Shown in pieces: positions 35,295 to 64,000 of a stretch of DNA of 64,000 nucleotides; position 1 is the first letter of the stretch; each line of letters starts with the position of its first letter. The stretch is from the human T2T-CHM13v2.0 reference genome, Homo sapiens: NCBI RefSeq assembly GCF_009914755.1, contig NC_060933.1; one strand, given 5' to 3'. The notes beneath the pieces were generated by a model. The model saw only the letters and a program-made list of their open reading frames with translations, was not told the origin of the DNA and did no database searches. Position numbers and translations under genes: made by a program.

Positions 35295-38200
35295 TAATTC
35301 TTAATATATCACATGGCAACCACAATAATTTAGCAAAGCATATTAGTTTTCTGCCCTGAATTTATAAGGCTCCCAAGAGTAAGAGGCTATAAAGAAACAT
35401 GATTTATGGTGGGAGAGGGTAGAATTAAAATGTGTCCGTTTAATAGTTGCATTAATGTAATTCCATTTGTACTCATTCTTTTTTTTTTTTGTCTTATTCC
35501 TTTAGTAAGAATATTGAGAATATCGAGAACACTTCAATATTCCAAACTTCAATGGAAATATACGTAGGTTTCACTTAACTATGGTCCTGATGGCTTTTTT
35601 GAAAAAGAAAGAAAGAAAAAATGTTTTCATCGTATTAAGAAAATGTCTTAGTCTTAGTTCAGAGATTTCATCAGAAAATGATGTTGATTTATATAAAAGC
35701 TTTTTCATAGATATATCAAACCTATAGAAATTATAATGCATTTTTCTCCTCTTTTGATATATTGATACAATGCTGCAGATCTTCTAAGATTGAATGATCC
35801 TTGCATTACTGAAATAAGTATTGTCATAGTGTATTATCATTTTATTACAGTATGCATTTGATTTTTCTGGTGTTTTATTTTTGTCATTTCCGTCTATATA
35901 AAGTAAAATTAGTCTACATGGGGTATATGTGTGTGCATGTGCATGTGTGCATGTGTGTGTGTGTGTATTTGCTATTTTGGTCAGGTTTGCTATTAGCACT
36001 ATGGAAGGTTATAAAATAAGTTGGACAGCTGTCTATTTTTTTTTAGATGCTGTAAAATTTCAAATTCATGCTCCACTTCTTATAAAAGGTATGACTTTGT
36101 GAAAGTTGCTTTGTTGTTAAATTTCTTTTGTCAAAATTAAATACTTGAGCTTTTCCCACTTTTGAGGTACATTTAAACATTTTATATTAATGAATTTTAC
36201 ATGTATATTTATAACTTATATTTTCCTTTAAGAATTTTAAATATATAACCAGGTGCATATAAAAGATTTTAAAATAAATTATAATATCTGTCAAATCTAT
36301 GGTTATAGATTCATAATTTTGCATATTTTGCTTTTTAAAAATATTTTCTTGTTTAGGCTTTCTAGTAGTTTGTATGACTGGTCTTTCTACAATCTAGCAT
36401 TTAGGTTAATTTATCTAATATTTTCAGGTTCTCCAATATATTAATATTATATATTTATTTATTTTAAACTGACTCTGACAGTACTATTATACTCATATTG
36501 GATTGCCTGGATTTATTCTCCACAGCTCTTTTCCTTTGTCTTTTTTCTTTCTTTGTTTTCTTCCCCTAAATTCTAGGAGGATTGCTTGGAGCTTGGGTTC
36601 TAATTCATTGATTTGTTTGAAACTTGACAATAAAGTTTCCTATTTCCTCAGTATTTTCTCATCTCAGGTTTCCTTCTTTTTAATGACTACCTACTCTGTC
36701 GTCCAACATGTAAAATCCTGTTCAACTAATCAGAAAGTTTCTAAAATTTCATAAAGGAATATTTTTTGTCATTACTCAAATCATCACTCAGACTGGCATC
36801 TTTTTTGACTTGCACTGTCTTTTCTTATTTTCAGTCGTATACTGAATTAAAGATTGAGATTAGAGTTTGTCCAGTATTGGTTTAAGTTCTTTTAGAAATT
36901 GTGTGAGTTTGAAGTTCCAGACCACTCAAGATAAGGGGAAGGGGGAAATATTTCAACTTATTGTACTTTTACTTATTTGGTTCAGAAATCCAGCAGCTTA
37001 AGGGTAGAAGAAAGATAACAGGAGTCTGTCCCTTCGGCCAAAGAGTTTCTTTTCAAAGTTCGTGGTGGCAGCCTGATGTCAGCTGGGGAAGAAGCTCCAT
37101 TCTTTTTCTGGCAGAACTGACTTCTTTGCGGGAGAGCTGTGGCAGCCCTTTTGCTTATTCCCAGCATGGAAAGACCACAAGATCCCTGCTCCTTATGGCT
37201 CTGGCATGCAATGCACTCCCTAGAGGGACCCCTTACAAGGCTACCAATAACCTATCAGCACCTCCAACTCTTACTACTGCACTGAAGGTTAGAGTCAGAT
37301 TTTGATGATGTCTCTTTTCATTAAATTTCCAGACTACATAGAAACCTGGGGTGATAGGTCTTTCTTCATGCTTTTAGCTGTATGATCTTTAGCAAAAATT
37401 CCTTCAATTCTTAATGATCAGCATTGCTATAAGATGTTCCCTATTTATGACATCTGCAGATTATTTTGATGGAAAACTTGGACGGAATAAAAGGTAGTTA
37501 AATGCATCCTCAAGTTGCCATTTTTAACTGAAAGCCATCTCTGCTTTTATGAAATCTGGGACAGCTACCAAATTAACACCCACATGTACTAGTAATGGCT
37601 GGCAGAGTAGAGAATCGGGGGCAGAAAATCTATGCTGTGTTCTTAATCCATTTCTCAGTCATCACCTACAAGCAGATGTCTCCTACAAGAACATCAATTT
37701 AGTGGCCAAGAGTATCTTGGAAAGAGGAAGCCAAGATATTTTTCTAATGTGTGGCTTTCCAATATTTTTGACATCTAGAAGTCACCAGATCAATTAAATA
37801 TTCAATCATGTTCTGCTGCTTTTTCCATTGTGCAGTGCCATTTGTCAGGGCCCTTCAGGAACACAGGCAGATACCTTTATGAAACCTCTGTTATCCCACT
37901 GTAAACTGTCTCACATTAATAAGATTTACCTTCAGGTGGAAGGAAATTCACATAATTCCTCCCATATGTGAGTTTCTTCTTCTAAGTTTATATGGTCAAC
38001 ATCTCATTGCACATGCCCATCAAACTAGACTAAGGAATTTTGACAAACATTCCTAGGTTGTAAAAGTTATATCAAAGTTTTCTTTTAAAATTCTACAAAC
38101 ACATAAATAGCCTATCATTTTATATTTAGGTTTTATTTCCCAGATAATTTCTTCTTTGGGTTCTGGCTGGATTTCCTCTTACCTCCCACTAACCACCTAG

Positions 38201-38583
38201 TGCTCAAATTCAGTAAATTAGGAGCAGAAATTTCAGAAGCTTAGCATTTGGCCAAAGCCTCTGAACTGCAGCAAGAGGAGAAAGTATGCAAAGATTTCAG
38301 TTATTTCTGAGAAGCACATGGGAGAAAGGGCACTTGATCAGAAAAGCCTGTTGATGACTGAGATTTGATACAGTACTGCTAGGAGAACTTAGTGCAGGAA
38401 TACCTACATGGCATGACTCTGAATGTGGAGTACACAGTCTTACAGGTGAAGACTGTCTTACAGGTGAAGGCCATTGTATTGCCAACACCTCTGAACAAAA
38501 TCAGAAACATTTTAATTTCATAGGTGATTGAATAAATTTGATCACAAAAATAGTGTTTTATACTGACGTTAAAAGTGGTTATC

Positions 38584-39359
<776 letters not shown>

Positions 39360-39419
39360 TCATTCTACCAATGGTGTTTTATCTAGCTCCTTAATAAATA
39401 TTGGTATTTTAAAATATTT

Positions 39420-41700
<2,281 letters not shown>

Positions 41701-41719
41701 AATATATAAAACTTTTTAA

Positions 41720-42206
<487 letters not shown>

Positions 42207-42329
42207 TAAATTATTGTTTTAAGTAATTATGTTTTGGAGTAATTTGTTATGTAGTAACAGATAACTGATACAACAATATATCCTGGCGTTCATGTGGTAA
42301 CAGTATAGAGATAGTGGTATTTATTTATT

Positions 42330-43840
<1,511 letters not shown>

Positions 43841-44741
43841 ATATTTACTTTCAAAATGTGTGTCAGATGATATCAGTCTTTTTTTTTTTCTTTGAGAGTG
43901 ACAGGCTGAAGAATCATCGATATCATCTTTAGGCTGATTTATCAGATTGGTTTGCCTTGCAAGCAAATGTGATCCCAAAGCTAGTCTCTATGGAATAAGC
44001 GGCATGAAAAGATACCATTTACTGGATTTGTTTGATAGTCTAGTGGAGATGATACTATAGTCTGGTTTAGAATTGAATTTCTATATATGGCCTCCAGAAG
44101 AAGATTAGACTTCCTCCAAGTTGCCATGATATGTTAGTGTTCTTACCATTTATTTAGTACATAGTATTTATTGCTGGCTTTTGAAAATTCTTATTTAGCA
44201 TATGTATTAATTTCCTAGGTCTGCCATAACTACCATAAATTGGGTGGCTTACAAAAACAGAAATTTATTAGCACTTAAACCAACAAAGGAGTTTTTAGGG
44301 AGGAGTATTTTATCACCGACATTATTTACAGCCACCATCTCATAGTGATAATAAAAGGCAGACTATTTTCTAATCACTTGTATTATTGTTTTAGATTATT
44401 TACAGGCTATACCCCCTTACTGGCTGTCCCAGATGGACTGCTTGAAGCTCCACCCTGGAATGCCTTTGATGTGGAATAAAATGAGTTGTAACTTTAGACT
44501 TCAGGAGGGGACATCTGTGGCAGCTTTACCATGTATTTAGGTTAGCAGGACAGCAAAAGTATCCCAGCTGCAGTGGACAGGTGTTCTCTGTTGAACTTTA
44601 TAGGACTGATATACTACAACAACCCCATGCAGCAGCAAGAAACCATGACACTATTGAATTGATGAGGCTTCCTCCTTTTAAATTTGTTTGCATTATGCCA
44701 CCTTTCTTTAGTTTGAGTAAGTCTTCTTAGACAATACAGGT

Positions 44742-45254
44742 TGTGATGATTAATTTTGGGCGTCAGCTTGACTGGATTAAGGAATACCTAGAGAACTGAT
44801 AAAGCATTGTTTTGGGTGTGTCTGTGTGAGTGTTTCCAGAGGAGATTTGTGTGTGAGTCTGAGTGGACTAAGTGGGGGAAGATCCACCCTCAGTGTGGAT
44901 GAACATCATTTAATAGGCTGGGGCTGTGATAGAACAAAAGCAGAGGAAAGTTGAATTGGTTGCTCTGTCTCCAGGAACTGGAGTACACTCTTCTTCTGCC
45001 CTTGGACATCAGGCTCTCTGGCCTTTGGACTCCAGGACTTATACCAGCGCCCCTCTGGGTTCTCAGGCCTCTGTACTTGAACTGAGCCACACTGCCAGCA
45101 TGCCAGCTTCTCCAGCTTGCCAGGCCTGCTGTGGGACTTCTCAGCCTCCATAATCATGTGTGCCAATTCCCCTAATAAATCTCCTCTCATCTGTCCACGT
45201 ATCTATATTTGCATTCTGTTGGTTCTGTCTCTCTAGAAAAGTATTACTAATACA
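44742..45254 (+). mobile_element. MLT2B-like ERVL solo LTR
   Basis: TGTGATG...CTAATACA with 5-bp TSD caggt (44737-44741 / 45255-45259). Confidence 0.88.
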
Positions 45255-45326
45255 CAGGTAGAGGAAGTCCCCAAGAAGAATACTGAACTGACACCAATGG
45301 AGTGATTATTGAAAAACAAAGAAATA

Positions 45327-46280
<954 letters not shown>

Positions 46281-46841
46281 ACGTCTCTCAGGTTGATTCT
46301 AATGCTCACCTACCTATGATGGGGAACAGTAGCACATACTGAAAATATAAAAAAAACTTATTCTGAACTACTGGGAAAGTGGAAGGGATCCTATTCCCTA
46401 CCAACCTGGTTAGTGTTTCCAAACTCACTTTCTTCCCTTTGACCCTCTTTATATAATATCCACAAATCAAAATGGAAAGCCAAGAGATTATTGACATGGT
46501 AGCTGTGTATCATGCCTTCTGTTTAAGAATGTTTCCAGGTTCTCGTTGATGTTTGGCAGTCTTGCCAGCACATCCTAAATTAAATAGAATAGCGGTTTCT
46601 CCTAGCAGGACATTGGAATGACTCCAGCTAAGAACTGGTCCAGCTACAAACAACTTAATTTACGATGGTATAAAAAACCTCAGCCACAGAATATCTATAA
46701 TTAGGAAGAATCCAACAGAGATTGAGGTGTAGTAAGATGAATATTCTCCTCTCCTTTCTTTGCCCATCACACACATATCTACCTCTTATTTTCATAGATT
46801 CTCACAGCTAGAATGCTCAATAAGAAATCACCTGGTCTATT

Positions 46842-47419
<578 letters not shown>

Positions 47420-47972
47420 TTATATAGAGATTCTTGGTACTGTTCATACTCAGCCATGTTTCTGAACTATATAATGGACTCATTAATAAGAGTCTAACCC
47501 AAACAAAGTCACCTAGCTCCCCTCTTGAATCAGTTTGGGTTAGCTTTGGCTATGAATGACATAAACTCTCTCATACTAATGATTTAAACAACATAGACAT
47601 TTATTTCTTTCCCACAAAAACAAATTCCAGAGGCAAGTAGTCCAAAGCTGGCATGATGAGGCCACCCATCATTGTTAGGGACTCTAACTCTTTCTATCCT
47701 GTTTCTTTGCCATTGTCAAAATGTGGTTTTTCTCTCATGCTCCAAATAGATTGCTTGAGTTCAGGAATCAGGTCCACAATCTCGCCAGCAGGAAGAACGA
47801 GGAGAAAAGAGCACAACTCCCCTTTTAAGGACATATCATCAGCTGGAACTGAGCCACACTTGATTGCCAAGAAAGCTGGGAAATGGAATGTTTATTCCAG
47901 GTGGTCATGGGGTTAGCTTGCATTCCGGGTTCCATTGCTAAGAAATAACTTGTGACTAGATAATAGAGGACA

Positions 47973-48597
<625 letters not shown>

Positions 48598-48625
48598 GGA
48601 GATATTCTATATAATTATACAAGAA

Positions 48626-48970
48626 CAGATTGAACTTCCCTAATCTAAAAATCCAAAATCTGAAATGCTCCAAAACTTGAGCACCAACATGATACCACAG
48701 GTGGAAAATTCTACATGTGACAACTTTGCTTTCTGATGATTCAGTATACACAAACTTTGTTTCATGCACAAAATTATTAAAAATATTGCATAAAATTACC
48801 TTCAGGCTATGTGCATAAGGTTTATATGAAACAAATGAATTTCATATTTAGAATTGGATTTCATCCCCAAAATATCTCATTATGTACATGCAAATATTTT
48901 AAAATCTGAAAAAACACAAAATTCAAACACTTCTGGTCCCCAGCATTTTGGCTAAGGAAAGCTCAGCCTG
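48626..48970. mobile_element. Tigger4b-like TcMar DNA transposon relic
   Basis: aaatccaaaatctgaaatgctccaaaa ... cttctggtccccagcattttgg. Confidence 0.75.
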
Positions 48971-49414
48971 TACTGCATCTATGCGTGCATATACACACCC
49001 CTGGTTCTTTTTTAAAAAAATAAGTAGAAGCCTATAAATTACACTTCACTGTTTATTGTTTTTTTTCTTGCGTAGAATATATTTAGTATACTACTCCATA
49101 ACGCTAATATAGATTTATTCATTTTGAATGGCTGCAGGGTTTCTCATTATAGTGATACACTATAAAGCCCTATTAATGGCATTTAACTGTCTTTTTGGTC
49201 TTATAAATATGCTATCATGGCTATCATTCTAAGTTTGTTCACATGTGTAAACAAATCTGTAGAATATGTATATTCCTAGAAGGGATTGCTGGGTCTAAAT
49301 TTTGATAGCTATTATCACATTGCCTCCAAAGTGTGTGTTCCATATTATACTTCCTCCAAAAAAGTGTGATAGATACCTATTTTTTTAACATTCTAGACTT
49401 AGAGTGTGCTATAA

Positions 49415-49760
<346 letters not shown>

Positions 49761-50362
49761 TGAAAGATGGTATCTTTATTTCACCTTACATGTAATTATC
49801 ATCTCATTTGTTTTAAAAGCTGTTTGTATCTTTTGTTTTATGAACTCTGTTTATGTTATTTAATCTTTTTTATTGGAATGTAGATTTTTCTTTTATTGAT
49901 TTGATGTCTCTATTATTAAAAAAAAGATATTCTCTTCTGTCGTATGTACTGCAAATGTTTTCCCCTGGTTTGTCCCTTGAACTTTATTTTTATTTTTAAA
50001 AATTCTATTCCTTAAAATAAAAAACAAGTCCCTTGAATTTTAATTTATGGTATTTTTTTCATGCTGAAATGTATAATTTGTGTGTTTTCAATATGTTCAT
50101 TATAATTTGTATGTTGTAAATATGCTTAATCTCTCCTAGGTTTTTTCATTTTATTCTTTTGTTTCTTGCTTAGAAAGATCTTGCCCTACTCCACTGTTAT
50201 AAAAGCATTCTCCCACATTTTCTTCTAGTACATTTATAGTTTTCTTTTTTTGGTTTAGTTCTTTTATTTGTCTGAAATTTATTTTCTTATAAAAAATGAG
50301 AAACAGATACAATTTTACTTTCTACTGGATGGTTAACCAGTTGTACCATTATTATTTATTAA

Positions 50363-50884
<522 letters not shown>

Positions 50885-51046
50885 AGGGTCGTTTATCTTT
50901 AATATTCACCAAATTTCCATTTAATTTATCAGAGTTACTTATTTAAAATCTTTCAGAATTTTTCTAGCTATTCTGGCTTGCTTATCTTTCCAGTAAAATT
51001 TAGGATCTACTTGTTTACTGTGAAAAAAAGTCCTTTTGACATTTAT

Positions 51047-55465
<4,419 letters not shown>

Positions 55466-55496
55466 AAAGAATATAACACTATAGGCTAATAGTCTA

Positions 55497-56142
<646 letters not shown>

Positions 56143-56834
56143 TAGGGCATGATTCTCAAAGTGTCAGAATCCTTGAGGTTAGCCTAGGAATCTATTTTGA
56201 ATAGGCTCCTCCCCTCCTTTCTTATGCCCATTAAGTGAGACAATCATGAAAATAAATAGAAGCAATATGAGATGATAATTGCTTCAATGGCTGTGGGTGG
56301 GCAGTGGAAATAGGTTAGATAGCACCTAGATCCACCTGGAGGGAGCCAGGAAGTCTTCATCTCACATATTGTCAGTGAGGAAGGAAAGGAAGGCATTTTC
56401 CTGCCAGAATAGCAGAAAATGAGAATTTCAGAGGAAGGCCAGAGATAGTCCAGGATGTTCACAGAACTGAATATTGTTTCCAAGAGACCATATAAAATAG
56501 TGTTGAGGAATGTCAATTCTGAAGTCTGTTTGTCATTTATTATCAGAGGGACTTGGGGCAAGTCACTTAACTCTTGGTGCCTCAGTCTCTTCACTGCAAT
56601 TGGGTCTAATAAGTATGCTTCAGTTTATTCATCTGCAAGAGGAATTGCTGTGGTGGTCATTAAGACTTGTTAGAACAATGCCTGGCCCATACTAAGTGAG
56701 ATGTAAGAGTTAGTTATTGTTATGATGGATACAGAGTAAGGTCAGAGGGTGGAGTGGGGAGAGGTAGGGTTGGAGAGGTAAGGGCTAGATCTTGAAAGGC
56801 TTGTGAGTGTATATAGTATTTCAGTAAGTGATGG

Positions 56835-57139
56835 GGCCTGCCACAGTGTCTCATGCTTGTAATCCTAGCACTTTGGGAGGCCCTAGGCGAGCTGATCATG
56901 TGAGCTCAGGAGTTAGAGACCAGCCTGGGCAACATGGCAAAACCCCGTGTCTACTAAAAATACAAAAAATTAGCTAGGCGTGGTGGCACATGCCTGTAAT
57001 CCCAGCTGCTCAGGAGGCTGAGGCAGAAGAATCACCTGAGCCCAGGAGGCAGAGGTTGCTGTGAGCCAAGATTGTGCCACCGCACTCCAGCCTGGGCAAC
57101 AAGCAAGACTCTGTCTCAAAAAAAAAAAAAAAAAAAAAA
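56835..57139 (+). mobile_element. Alu
   Basis: Alu consensus. Confidence 0.92.
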
Positions 57140-57159
57140 GTTTGGTAAGCGATGAGCAT

Positions 57160-57650
57160 CTGCAGCAGACTGTTACATTGGTAGCTTCCAGTGAACCACA
57201 GCTCATAGTATTCATATCCTTGGGTAATCTCCTCTCACATTGACTCTGGATGTTGCCATGTAACTTGCTTTAACTAATTGGACATTGGCAAATGTGATGC
57301 AAACAGAAGCTGCATAGGTACTTTAGGGCTTATCCTCCTGAAATGCTTTTTCTTAAAATCCTGATCCATTATGTAAAGAGGTCCAATTATATGCTGGAGA
57401 GACCATATGAACAAAGAGACATGCACAGCCAGTCCCCGGCATTTTCAGCCATCTCAGTGGGGATGTCAGACCTATGAGTAATGTCATCTTGGATTTCTAG
57501 GCCCAGTTTAACAGTGGGAGGACTGCAGCCACAAGAGTGACCCCAGGCGGGAACAGCAGAAGAACCACTTCACTGAGCCCAGCCCAGATTGCAAAATTGT
57601 GATCAAATACATGGTTGTTTGAAGTCACTGTGGAAATAGATAACTGAAAC
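57160..57650 (+). mobile_element. MLT1 (F/H-like) MaLR LTR
   Basis: gccatgtaacttgcttt...tgagcccagcccagattgc...atagataactgaaaca. Confidence 0.6.
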
Positions 57651-58670
57651 ATTAGCATTAAGGAATTTTGTTCATGGAAATTATCAGATTTGTATCTATC
57701 AAGGGGACTTTGTTGACAATGTGTGAGATGATATGAGACTAGAAGAAGGGATACTGGTAAGAATGTTAGTTCATTGCTCAAAAGAAAAATAATAAAGAGT
57801 TGAATTAAAGCAGTGGGAAAGAGGATGGAAAAGAGAGAAATGAGAAGACTTTCTTCTCTGCTGAGTGCCTCTGCCCCAGGTCCTGTGCCTTCCTCTTTCT
57901 TGCTTTGCTCCCTGATTCTGAGGTGTGAGCCACTGTGCCTGGCAAGACACCCAACATTTAATAAGTACTTAGTAGATTCCAGGTACTGTAATAACTAGTC
58001 ACAATCAACTCAATAAATTTTAGCTCCTAAGATTATTTAGCAAAGTACCTGACACCTAGAAAGCACATTGTAGATATTAGGTCTTCAAAGATACATTCAG
58101 ATACAGATGACTTTAAATAAGAAAAAATATATTTAACCCCTGATAATCTGGGTCTTCTTTGTGAAACAGGAATTGAAGAAATCTGGCAAGAGTATGAGTG
58201 AGGGTATTGGAGACAGCGATGGGGGAGTGAGAAATAAGCTTAGGTCTATGCAGTATCACGTTGTTAAGTAGTGGTAAGGACCTGTTGAGATTAGACACCA
58301 TAATTAGTAGTGGCTCCTTCCTATATCATTAAGAAAATTAAGTCATTTTTCTCCAGCAGCCCTCTACATGCTAGAGGCAAACATTTGGATTAATCCAGGT
58401 TGGAAATTGGAGGATGAGTGTCATATAGGGAGACAATGGAATCAAATATATTGGCAAAATAATGGTCAAAACAAAGTTCCATATGGCCTAGACTAGATGA
58501 GGAAGGATGTGAAGCCAGGAGCACATGGTATGCTTAGAGAAAGAGGGGTCAAGATGGACAAGGGGAAAGACTGCAGACTTGGTGAAAGTATGGAGGGGAG
58601 AACATCGATACCTAAATCTCCAGTTGTGTTAGTCCAGAGTCTGCTAGTCTAGTCTAAAGGACAAGAGCAT

Positions 58671-59092
58671 TGATATGGTTTGGATCTGTGTCCCTGCCCA
58701 AATCTCCTGTTCAATTGTAATCCTCAGCATTGGAGGTGGAGCCTGGTGGGAAGTGACTGGATCATCAAGGTTGATCCTTTATGAATAGTTTAGCCCCATC
58801 TCCTTGTGTTCTGTTCTCCTGAAAGCGAGTTCTTGCAAGATCTTGTTTAAAAGTGTGTAACACCTCCCTCCTCTCTCTCTCTTGCTTCTGCTCCCATCAT
58901 GTGAGACACCTTGCTCCCTCTTTGCCTTGCACCATGATTGAAAGTTTCCTGAGGCCTCCCCAGAAGTGAGTGGATGTCAGCTTCATTCTTCCTGTACAGC
59001 CTGCAGACCTGTGAGCCAATTAAACTTATTTTCTTTATAAATTACCCAGTTTCAGGTGTCTCTTTATAGCAACGTGAGAACAGACTAATACA
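58671..59092 (+). mobile_element. MST (MSTA/B-like) MaLR solo LTR
   Basis: TGATATGGTTTGGATCTGTGTCCC...GACTAATACA; near-TSD agcat/agcac. Confidence 0.88.
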
Positions 59093-59590
59093 AGCACCAT
59101 CTTGGATCAAGAATTTAAGAACCTTTAAAAAATTAACCTCTAAAACTCTATGACTTACTGTAATGGCACAAATTCATAAGAATGATCAGTCTGTGGTTTG
59201 TTTTGGAGAAATCACTTATGTATGTTTCACAGAAGAGAATAATGCTGTGACTTTGACTTCTTATGATCATAAAAACTTGAAAAGACAACAAAGTGATACA
59301 GGTACGAAAGTTTTAAGAGTAAATGTTTCCTTCTCTCTAATCCTAATTATGAGAGGCAATCACCCTTACAGGTGGGTGTTGTCCTAGCTTGGGTTCCCCA
59401 AAAAGTAGAGCCTGAGACAGGAACTTGAGGACTTAGGTGCAGTTAGGCCATGTGAAAGTCACAGGGAGCAAGAGAAAGAGGGAGAGAAGCAGGAGGCGGC
59501 AACATAGGGACATATCATCAAAATTCTGAGGTTCAATTCCACCAGGACCTGTGAAAGTTAAACTTACTAAAAATAAAATAAAATAAAATA

Positions 59591-60530
<940 letters not shown>

Positions 60531-61950
60531 GTATACAGGATGACTCCCACACTTGTCCACTTGAAGGCTGTGGGTTGTGGTGGGGCTGGGGAATTTATGC
60601 ATTAGCTCTCATTCTACATTGGTAGAGTGTTGCTCACGCACTTTTCCTAGGTGGCTCTTGTTTGCAAGGCTAAGTGGGCTTCCTTGAGAAGCCCCCAAGG
60701 CAGAGTATGAAAAGACCACAGGCATGCTCTTTTGGTGGGACATCACCACTACACTCAGAGCATGTGTGGAACCACCTACACAGCTGTGGCTGAAATCAGA
60801 GATGGACTGAGGGTATGCAATCTGAGGCCTCAAAAGGCCTCTGGTACAAATATGTATTCTTTTAGATAATTCTCTCATGCATTTACAAATATACAAATAA
60901 GGCTCTATCTATATCTACACATATTTTTATATACTGATAATTTTACTTTTGCAAATCATGCTATTCATGTTGTTTGGCAAACTTGCTTTCCTCATAGATA
61001 TATTTCTAGCTTTGCACTTCTAGATGCACCTCAATCTGTTTAGCCACTGCAGAGTAATCCATTGTATATGGAGGTACCCTAATTTTTTTTAACCCGCTGC
61101 AATTGTACCTTCGCATTCATCAATAACAAATGCGTTTTGCTAAGGTCACGAGTGACTTTCATATCTTTAAACCCAATCAGTCATTTTTAGGGACTTCTAT
61201 GGCCTTCACTTGCTTTCATCTTCTTTGATGTGTTTGCTTTGACATTTGCATTGTGATGGTATATTCTTTGCTTCAAGTCACACATTTTCAGATGTAATTT
61301 TAAAAGAATTAGTAAATATGGTGACAGATTCAAAGTCAAATCATCATATAAGATAGAACAGGGATTGTTTTCCTTGTCTTTTTATAAAAAGCATTTTTCC
61401 AAGCTGTTTGCTCCTGAATTTTCTGTAAGCAAGAAAAAACTCTCAAAAATGTTTGACTTGATGTTTGAAGAAAATATCTGCTAATTATAGTTTGCAGGCA
61501 TGTGCAACAAAATAACATACATGTGGATTACAGCATTCTGTATTCTTTGCTGATGCTGAGTGAAATAGGCTATTATTAGTTGAGAATTATGTGGGCAGGA
61601 TATAGATGGGGTGATTTTAACAATTAAGTGAAAAGACACATTTTTTTCATTCAATGTCAATATATTTTAATGTCCCTCAAAATCCAGTTTTATTTAATTG
61701 AAATCATTTCAGGAGATTTAGGAGTATTTATGTTGAGCTTCTATTAACCTTTCAAATTTAGGGTTGACACTTGAGACTTAGATTACAAAGTATAACATTT
61801 GTATTAGTTGGCATGCAAAAAGCACAAGTTTGTCCATCCTGGGCACCTCAGTCTGTTTAGGCTGCCGTAACAAAATACCGTAGACTGGGTGGCTTAACAA
61901 CAGACATCTATTTCTCACAGTACTGGAGGCGGATTATGATCAAGGTGCCA

Positions 61951-62252
61951 GGCCAGGCACGGTGGCTCACGCCTGTAATCCCAGCACTTTGGGAGGCCAA
62001 GGTGGGCGGATCACGAGGTCAAGAGATCGAGACCATCTTGGCCAACATGGTGAAACTCTGTCTGTACTAAAAATACAAAAATTAGCTGGGCATGGTGGCA
62101 CATGCCTGCAGTCCCAGCTACTTGGGAGGCTGAGGCAGGAGAACCCAGGAGGTGGAGGGAGGCCGAGGTTGCAGTGAGGTTGCACTGCACTCCAGCCTGG
62201 CTACAGAGCGAAACTCCGTCTCAATAAATAAACAAACAAACAAACAAACAAA
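61951..62252 (+). mobile_element. Alu in MLT1A
   Basis: TSD atcaag(g/a)tgcca. Confidence 0.93.
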
Positions 62253-62373
62253 CATCAAGATGCCAGCAGATTCAGCATCTGGTGAGGACCCTGGCCCTGC
62301 TTGTTGACAGCTGCCTTCTCATTACATATTCACATGGCAGAGAAAGGAAGCTTTTGTATCTCTTCCTCTTCTT

Positions 62374-63277
<904 letters not shown>

Positions 63278-63580
63278 CTTCCTCTTCTTAAAAAGGCATT
63301 AATCCCGTCATGGGGGCTCTACATCCGTGACCTCATCTAAATAGAATGACCTCCCAAAGGCTCACTCTCTAGTACCATCATGCTACATGCTATGGGTTTA
63401 GGGCTTCAACATATGAGTGATGGGGGCACATGAGCATCCAGTCCATAAGACAGGGATATGTGTTTTGCCGCTTATTATGTGTGTGACCATGGTTGTATCA
63501 CTTAACCTTAGTTTTCTCATCTCCAAAATGAGTCATATTTTATAATCTCGTACAGCTCATGTGAAGATGAAATGGGATAA

Positions 63581-63957
<377 letters not shown>

Positions 63958-64000
63958 TAGGATACTTCTCTGAGTATAAAATGTTAGTCACTCTTTACGG

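Overview
Primate (almost certainly human) genomic DNA that is dominated by repeats. The only supportable protein-coding gene is on the minus strand, 7141-15354, with five coding exons (13+150+60+123+140 nt = 161 aa). I recognise it from memory as C9orf57, which would place the window at 9q21.13, upstream of GDA. Its last two exons encode a complete 10-cysteine Ly6/uPAR (three-finger) domain ending CCNHSLCNF, with no GPI signal, so it looks like a secreted three-finger protein. Two young rearrangements remodel it. First, a 24-bp repeat triples part of the signal-peptide region. Second, a ~527-bp, ~98%-identical local duplication inserted into a (TA)n tract creates a 60-nt in-frame exon through a cryptic acceptor, adding an odd cysteine. 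The rest of the window holds about 45 Alus, a full-length degenerate L1PA7-like element nested in an L1PB, a 5'-truncated L1PA5/6-like element, several solo LTRs (MER50, ERV1-type, MLT1, MLT2, MST) and DNA-transposon relics. It also holds a BTF3 processed pseudogene with a 12-bp TSD, inserted into an MLT1A LTR. I saw no CRISPR arrays, tRNA or rRNA genes. Repeat subfamily names come from recalled consensus sequences and repeat boundaries are approximate.
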